A stretch of DNA of 52,585 bases, taken from Candidatus Omnitrophota bacterium (GTDB lineage: Bacteria > Omnitrophota > Gorgyraeia > Gygaellales > Profunditerraquicolaceae). This document shows positions 47,449-52,585 of this stretch, piece by piece. The notes under the pieces are model-generated. The model did not search any database, had not been told where the DNA came from, and saw only the letters and a list, made by a program, of their open reading frames with translations. The DNA lies in the NCBI GenBank assembly GCA_043808425.1, contig JAZDEW010000023.1:1-52585 (forward strand). The letters are read 5' to 3'. Each line of letters begins with the position of its first letter. Within the stretch, counting starts at the first letter, position 1. A program made the position numbers and the translations under genes.

Positions 47449-48501
47449 TTAGCTTTTTTCCTGTTCATAGTTTATCGCCCTAATCGGATAAGGAATATTA
47501 ATCCCTTCTTGAATATAGCGTTTATGCAATCTCTTAATAAACTCATGTTTTATCAAATACTGATCAACAAATTCCTTAGCCCTTAATATAACCGTGAATT
47601 TTATGCTAGAATCGCCAAAAGTCTTATAACGAATAAATGGCTCAAAATAAGCAACCCCACCGTTTATTTCTGTCATCACTAACTTTGCCACTTCACAAGT
47701 AATCTTCTCAACTTTTTCCAAATCACTTTTATAATGCACTCCCAAATCCACTAAAACTGCCATCTCCTTATCCGGTAAACAATAGTTCGTAACAATAGCT
47801 TTATTTAATTTATCATTTGGAATAAGAACAATATTGTTAGGCAACATTTTGATCTTAGTTGAACGCCAGTTAATATCCACCACATAGCCTTCTTCTTGCG
47901 TTTCCAGTTTGATATAATCACCAACTCTTATCTGCTTAGCCACAGTAATATGAAAACCGGCAAAAAGATTTGACAAAGTATCCTGAAGCGCCAAAGCAAC
48001 GGCCAAGCCACTCACGCCTAAAGTTGCTAATATCGGTGTTATCGATATTCCTAGGCTATTAAGAATTATTAACGCGCCAATCGAGAAAACAAAAATCCTG
48101 GCAATATTCTGAGTGAGGCTGGTAACAGGCAAGGCAGAATCAATTCTAGAAGCATAAAATTTTATTACCCCGGATAATAAATTCGCCAATGCCAACACTA
48201 CAGAAATTATGCCTAAGATAAGAGTACTTTTACTCATAACGTGCACAATATTTTCTGGAAGCTTTGAAAATTGCAACGCAAAATATAAAGCCAGCATCAA
48301 ACATAAAACCATAAATGGGCTTTTAGCTACTTGCACGACAATATCATCCAGCTGCGTAGATGTTTTTTTAGCCCAATGTGAAAGGCGGCTAAAAATTATC
48401 TTCTTAACAATGAGCCCAATAAACAAAACTACCAGAAAAATAATCAATGGCATAAACATTTCCGCTAAACTAGCGAATCTTAAAAGCAGATCTTTATTCA
48501 T
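47449..48501 (-). CDS. Small-conductance mechanosensitive channel (MscS family)
   Basis: LGVSGLAVALALQDTLSNLFAG, RVGDYI, GINIPYP. Confidence 0.93.
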   Translation of the reverse strand: MNKDLLLRFASLAEMFMPLIIFLVVLFIGLIVKKIIFSRLSHWAKKTSTQLDDIVVQVAKSPFMVLCLMLALYFALQFSKLPENIVHVMSKSTLILGIISVVLALANLLSGVIKFYASRIDSALPVTSLTQNIARIFVFSIGALIILNSLGISITPILATLGVSGLAVALALQDTLSNLFAGFHITVAKQIRVGDYIKLETQEEGYVVDINWRSTKIKMLPNNIVLIPNDKLNKAIVTNYCLPDKEMAVLVDLGVHYKSDLEKVEKITCEVAKLVMTEINGGVAYFEPFIRYKTFGDSSIKFTVILRAKEFVDQYLIKHEFIKRLHKRYIQEGINIPYPIRAINYEQEKS

Positions 48502-48516
48502 CTACACCTCAATAAG

Positions 48517-50754
48517 TTATATTTTATTTAAAGCAACCAGCTCAGTAATAATATTTGCTGCCCAGCGGTAAATATTATTTTCGGCTATCACCTTGCGCAT
48601 ATTTTCCATACGTCTTTGTTTCTCTTCCTTGGGCATCTGGATTGCCAGTTTTATGCTATCCGCAAACTCTTCAATCGAGTACGGATTAACTAGAATAGCA
48701 TCGGTGAGCTCGCGCGATGCTCCTGTAAATTGACTTAAGATTAAAGCCCCGGATAAATCATCTCTCTCCGCCACATACTCTTTAGCCACCAAATTCATCC
48801 CGTCATGCAGTGAGCTAACGATACAAATATCACCAAGTTTATAGTAAGGCTGAATATCATCCTGAGAGAAATGCTTTTTAAGATAGATTATCGGTTTCCA
48901 ATTCCCATCTATGTGTTTCCAGTTAATTTTTTCAACCAATTCATCAATTTCGCCAATTAAGTCGTGATAACGCTTAATATGCGTACGGCTTGGGGCAGCC
49001 AATTGGATAAAAATAAATTTCTTCTTATACTCAGGATACTTCTCTAAAAATCTATCTATCGCTAAGATTCTCTCAACTATGCCTTTAGTATAGTCAATTC
49101 TATCCACGCCCACCGCGACAATTTTATTCTCAAGCTCAAACTCTTTTTTTAGCTTTTCTACATCCCTTATCGGTTCAACTTTAAATGAGCCATCGCCGAT
49201 ACGCGCATTAATACTTATGGGAAAAGCCCTTATAAAAGTCTCTTTTCCCGAACGCACAACACTAAATTTTTCCGTATCCACGCGTGACTCCAGCAGGCGA
49301 TTAGCGGTATCGAGAAAATTATTACAATGATTCTGAACATGAAAACCAATCAAATCCGATCCTAACATTCCTTCTAAAATTTCATTCTGAAAAGGACAAA
49401 TCATAAAGGCTTCTGGGGTAGGCCAGGGGATATGCCAGAATAAGGCTATTTTCGCATCCGGCCGCTTATCTTTTATCATTTTTGGCAAAAGCGTAAAATG
49501 ATAATCCTGTATAAATATGAACGGACTTTTAGCGGGCAACTCACTCAAAACGCTATCCGCAAACTTTTGATTTACTTCTTTATACATGCGCCAGTCAGAT
49601 TCTTTAAAAATCGGACGCGTATGTGTATTATGGCATAATGGCCACAACCCTTCGTTTGAAAAACCATAATAATAACCTTGCTCCTCATCCTTGTTAAGCC
49701 AAATTCTTTTAAGAATATACCGGTTATCATCGGGGGGGACACCAAGTTTATCTTTAGAGTTAACGAATTTCCTATCCGAATTACCGCTGCCATGAGCAAT
49801 CCAAGTCCCGCCACAAGCAGAAAGTATGGGGTGAATTGCAGTAACAACACCGCTTGCCGGCCTTATACATATCGCCTTACCAATGCCATCATCGAAAACA
49901 TGCATATAAGGCTCCCTATTAGAAACCACAAACAATGAATTATCGCCTAATTTTGCATGAATAAGGTCTCTCAGCTTAGCTTCAGTCCAAAGCTCTTCTT
50001 TTTGCAATCGGACATGCGCTTCATCTGATAGGGTGCGCCGAGCTACTCTGATGCTTAAAGCAACCTGCTCTACTTCGCTGGCAAGCTTACCAAGATCACC
50101 TTTTTCTTTTATAGGATGCGCTTTATCAATTTCTCCTCTCTGAAAATACTTAAACCAATCTGTTAGGCGCTGTATGGGTAGAGCAAAAATCTGCCTATGA
50201 AGAATAATGGAAATAAGAAAAATCACTACAACTAAAATTATTAACGTTGAACTAATATGTTTCCAAAGCTCAACTAACCTCGCAAAGACATAGGAAGTAT
50301 CGTGAATAACCTCAACCATTCCCAGAAACTGCCCCTCGTCATCAACTATGGGGAGAATATAGCTATAAACCTGATAATCTTTAAATTGCTCTAATTCTCC
50401 CCGCGGAGCCAGATTAGCTATAATATCTTTAATATAAGGCTTATCTTTTTCTTTCCAATCGAGGAACCTTTTAGTAAGCGCGATTATATTCCCGTCTTTA
50501 TCGTAAATAGCGCAGCCCTGCAATCTTTCCCGGGTCTCAAATTTTTCCGCAAGGTAATTTGCGGTCTTTAAATCATTGACTAAAAGCACATGCTTCACCG
50601 ATAATTCCATGCTTTCGGCAATGCTTCTGGCTTTTCGCTTTAAGTCATCAATAAGCTTCTCTTCTTCTAAGCGCACCTGAAAAAAACCAAAAAGCGTAAA
50701 GGCCACGGAAACAATAATTAGAATCGGTAGAATAAATAAAAATACTCTTCTCAT
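48517..50754 (-). CDS. otsA: Trehalose-6-phosphate synthase (GT20) fused to an N-terminal TM-sensor-TM-HAMP module
   Basis: VVSNREPY, YYYGFSNEGLWP, QDYH, GVDRIDYTKG, DGMNLVAKEY; two TM helices and HAMP-like PIQRL...DLGKLA. Confidence 0.92.
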   Translation of the reverse strand: MRRVFLFILPILIIVSVAFTLFGFFQVRLEEEKLIDDLKRKARSIAESMELSVKHVLLVNDLKTANYLAEKFETRERLQGCAIYDKDGNIIALTKRFLDWKEKDKPYIKDIIANLAPRGELEQFKDYQVYSYILPIVDDEGQFLGMVEVIHDTSYVFARLVELWKHISSTLIILVVVIFLISIILHRQIFALPIQRLTDWFKYFQRGEIDKAHPIKEKGDLGKLASEVEQVALSIRVARRTLSDEAHVRLQKEELWTEAKLRDLIHAKLGDNSLFVVSNREPYMHVFDDGIGKAICIRPASGVVTAIHPILSACGGTWIAHGSGNSDRKFVNSKDKLGVPPDDNRYILKRIWLNKDEEQGYYYGFSNEGLWPLCHNTHTRPIFKESDWRMYKEVNQKFADSVLSELPAKSPFIFIQDYHFTLLPKMIKDKRPDAKIALFWHIPWPTPEAFMICPFQNEILEGMLGSDLIGFHVQNHCNNFLDTANRLLESRVDTEKFSVVRSGKETFIRAFPISINARIGDGSFKVEPIRDVEKLKKEFELENKIVAVGVDRIDYTKGIVERILAIDRFLEKYPEYKKKFIFIQLAAPSRTHIKRYHDLIGEIDELVEKINWKHIDGNWKPIIYLKKHFSQDDIQPYYKLGDICIVSSLHDGMNLVAKEYVAERDDLSGALILSQFTGASRELTDAILVNPYSIEEFADSIKLAIQMPKEEKQRRMENMRKVIAENNIYRWAANIITELVALNKI

Positions 50755-50772
50755 AAATAATAACCTCTAATT

Positions 50773-51444
50773 TTACTGCGATTTTACCTTACTTAATTTA
50801 GAAGGTAAAATAACGATTTCCACTCTCCTATTTTTCTGCTTATTCCGCACTATGTCATTCGGCGCTACCGGATGAAATTCTCCGTATCCGTTTGCAGAAA
50901 GGCGCTGCGGTTTAATCTTTCCTTCGCCGATAAGATCGTGTAATACTGCCAATGCCCTAGCCGAAGAAAGCTCCCAATTTGAATTCCATCCTGAATATTT
51001 AATCGGATCGTTATCCGTATGGCCTTCAATAGCTATATTTGATCCAGGAACATCCCTATTTAAAACTTCAGCAACCTTATTAAGCGTAATCTTACCGTCT
51101 TTTTTTACCTTGTCTTTCCCCGAATCAAAGAATATCTCGGAAACAAAAGTAATCACCAGGCCACGTTCAGTCATTTGCAGCTTGGCCTTATATTCTCCAA
51201 TTTCTTTTTTAAGCGATTCTTCAAGCTCCCGTTTAGCCTGTTCCAGGTCAGAAAGCTCTTTATCTTTCTCTTGATATACCTGTCGAACTTCTTTTGTTTT
51301 CTCCTTCTGAAGCTGAGCGGCCATATTTCTTAAGCTGGCATTCTCTATCTCTAGCTCGTCGGCTCTTCTCGCTTTCTGGATATAGGCGCATCCGGATAAC
51401 ATAGAAACCATCAAAATCATAATAATCATTAATTTAGCCTGCAT
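50773..51444 (-). CDS. OmpA/MotB-domain lipoprotein with coiled coil
   Basis: Lipobox LSGC; FDSGK, EGHTD, NWELSSARA, KNRRVEI. Confidence 0.9.
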   Translation of the reverse strand: MQAKLMIIMILMVSMLSGCAYIQKARRADELEIENASLRNMAAQLQKEKTKEVRQVYQEKDKELSDLEQAKRELEESLKKEIGEYKAKLQMTERGLVITFVSEIFFDSGKDKVKKDGKITLNKVAEVLNRDVPGSNIAIEGHTDNDPIKYSGWNSNWELSSARALAVLHDLIGEGKIKPQRLSANGYGEFHPVAPNDIVRNKQKNRRVEIVILPSKLSKVKSQ

Positions 51445-51690
51445 TAGCAAATCTCCGTTTTTACAATCCCTTAAAAGCATTTATACGCGCTCAACGCAAC
51501 CTTAACGATAAGCTCTTCCAGAGGCAAAGCTATTAAGATTCGCGCGCTTAGTTAATACGCAAATAATAAAATTACTTTACAAGTAAACACTACGCCCGCA
51601 TCACGACAAACACCATTCCCAGGGCTGGCCTTATAAGCAATCGTCATATCAACCGATAAATATGCTAAGAGAATATTTTCTTCATTTCCA

Positions 51691-52068
51691 TTATTCAGAC
51701 AAATATTTATTCAGCTCCACGGATGTTTTCTTGCCTACAATGCCATCTGCCTTAAGATTATGTGCCTTTTGAAATTTTATAATAGCACCTTTGGTCTTAG
51801 AACCAATTTTGCCATCAACCGCACCTTGATAAAAACCGGAACTCTTTAATGCCTTTTGAATTTGCCTCACACTTAAGTTAACCAAGACAGAATATGTTGT
51901 TGTTTTGGCTGGCTGAACGTTTTCATAATCCCAAGAAGAAGTATTTTGCTGGTATGTTTGCGAAGGCCCCTGGTAGCCTGATGGCTGCGTTGTTTGTTTC
52001 TTTACGCCAGTCGTACAGCCTCCTATAATTAAAGTAAATAAAATAAACCCCATCATTTTAATTAACAT
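51691..52068 (-). CDS. Peptidoglycan-binding domain lipoprotein
   Basis: Lipobox IGGC; IQKALK..GFY.GAVDG.IG..T..AI.KFQ..L.ADGIVG. Confidence 0.9.
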   Translation of the reverse strand: MLIKMMGFILFTLIIGGCTTGVKKQTTQPSGYQGPSQTYQQNTSSWDYENVQPAKTTTYSVLVNLSVRQIQKALKSSGFYQGAVDGKIGSKTKGAIIKFQKAHNLKADGIVGKKTSVELNKYLSE

Positions 52069-52123
52069 AATCTTCTCCTTTTCAATAAAAAACCATCACT
52101 AGAAATACCATTAAACGGTAAAA

Positions 52124-52414
52124 TTAAATAACTTGCTCCAGGGGCATAACAAAAGCCTTAACTCCTTCTTTACCAAGAGTTTTACGCAGATTCGTTATGC
52201 CAAGAACCACCTGATTTGCCTGTGTATCATCGCAGGCTACATATGAAATATAATTTAGGCCTGGCCAGACTTGATCACCTAAGTGAGTTCCGGAAGCCGT
52301 CCCTTTCCCATATACACGGGTTATCTTTGTGTAGTTGACGAGGCCGCATCCATCTAAAACTTCCATTACCTCAACGTCTATAGCTTCATTATATGTTAGC
52401 ATGATCATTTTCAT
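52124..52414 (-). CDS. P-II-like protein (PG0541 transporter-associated family)
   Basis: 96 aa; YTK..VYGKG..SGTHLG..VWPG.N; start at MKMIML after AGGAG (ORF-track extension overlaps the riboswitch). Confidence 0.8.
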   Translation of the reverse strand: MKMIMLTYNEAIDVEVMEVLDGCGLVNYTKITRVYGKGTASGTHLGDQVWPGLNYISYVACDDTQANQVVLGITNLRKTLGKEGVKAFVMPLEQVI

Positions 52415-52458
52415 CTTAACTCCTATAAAGCTATGGCTAAAATTTATCTTTATAAAAT

Positions 52459-52545
52459 AAAAAAGCCATCCTACACTCGCGTGCAAGATGGCGGCCCGAC
52501 CATCTAATGATCCTCCAGGAATACTTATTTATTCCCAGACCGCTT
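52459..52545 (-). ncRNA. Candidate Na+/Li+ riboswitch (nhaA-I / DUF1646-like) with overlapping terminator
   Basis: GCGGUC-[UGGGAAUA..UAUUCCUG]-GAGG..AGAUGG-UCGGGCCG-CCAUCU, overlapped by terminator GCCAUCUUGCAC-GCGA-GUGUAGGAUGGC-U6. Confidence 0.72.
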
Positions 52546-52556
52546 ATCCATCCACT

Positions 52557-52562
52557 ATTATA
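52557..52562 (-). promoter_or_regulatory. -10 box of the salt-stress cluster promoter
   Basis: TATAAT about 12 nt upstream of the riboswitch candidate; -35 would fall at the window edge. Confidence 0.5.
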
Positions 52563-52585
52563 TTGAAGTTATTATAACATACACA

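Noticed and set aside
1787-49938. Many 60-150 aa ORF-track entries antisense or out of frame to known genes
   Set aside because: Shadow ORFs fully overlapping well-supported CDSs or tRNAs
50773-51444. Flagellar stator MotB
   Set aside because: Has a lipobox rather than the MotB TM helix with conserved Asp, and no motA is adjacent
51481-51690. Third riboswitch copy or small gene in the 210-nt gap
   Set aside because: No match to the shared core, no terminator and no convincing ORF
52415-52486. N-terminal extension of the last ORF as given in the track
   Set aside because: It overlaps the terminator; the SD supports the ATG at 52414
39902-52585. Genomic island integrated at tRNA-Thr
   Set aside because: The cluster is on the tRNA 5' side; no integrase or duplicated tRNA 3' end seen

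Overview
Bacterial chromosomal window, mostly on the minus strand, from a diderm LPS producer. Gene content and repeat style suggest a PVC-superphylum lineage such as Candidatus Omnitrophota (inference only). About 1-40 kb is largely housekeeping: a 929-aa TPR/beta-barrel-like protein, lpxI-lpxA-lpxC/fabZ-lpxD-skp-bamA, dnaB-rplI-rpsR-ssb-rpsF-pth-rplY-prs-glmU, spoVG-ispE, split transketolase, hisG, a GH94 laminaribiose-phosphorylase-like enzyme, ftsB-eno, an FtsH-like protease, purN, an rnfC-G-D-E-B operon without rnfA, four tRNAs and a cold-shock gene. From about 40.6 kb to the end is a co-oriented salt/osmostress cluster: P-II-like protein, PG-binding and OmpA lipoproteins, a membrane-anchored HAMP-containing trehalose-6-P synthase, MscS, CBS protein, cation/H+ antiporter, OtsB, OrfY-like protein, TreT, then rnfA flanked by two unannotated micro membrane proteins and an ArsB/NhaD-type transporter. 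The main result is two related RNA elements resembling Na+/Li+ riboswitches, one heading the cluster and one in front of the displaced rnfA, while a decayed rnfA 3' remnant remains in the rnf operon. Several palindromic repeat families are also present, some inserted in frame into conserved proteins. All family assignments come from motif recognition and recalled homologs, not database searches.
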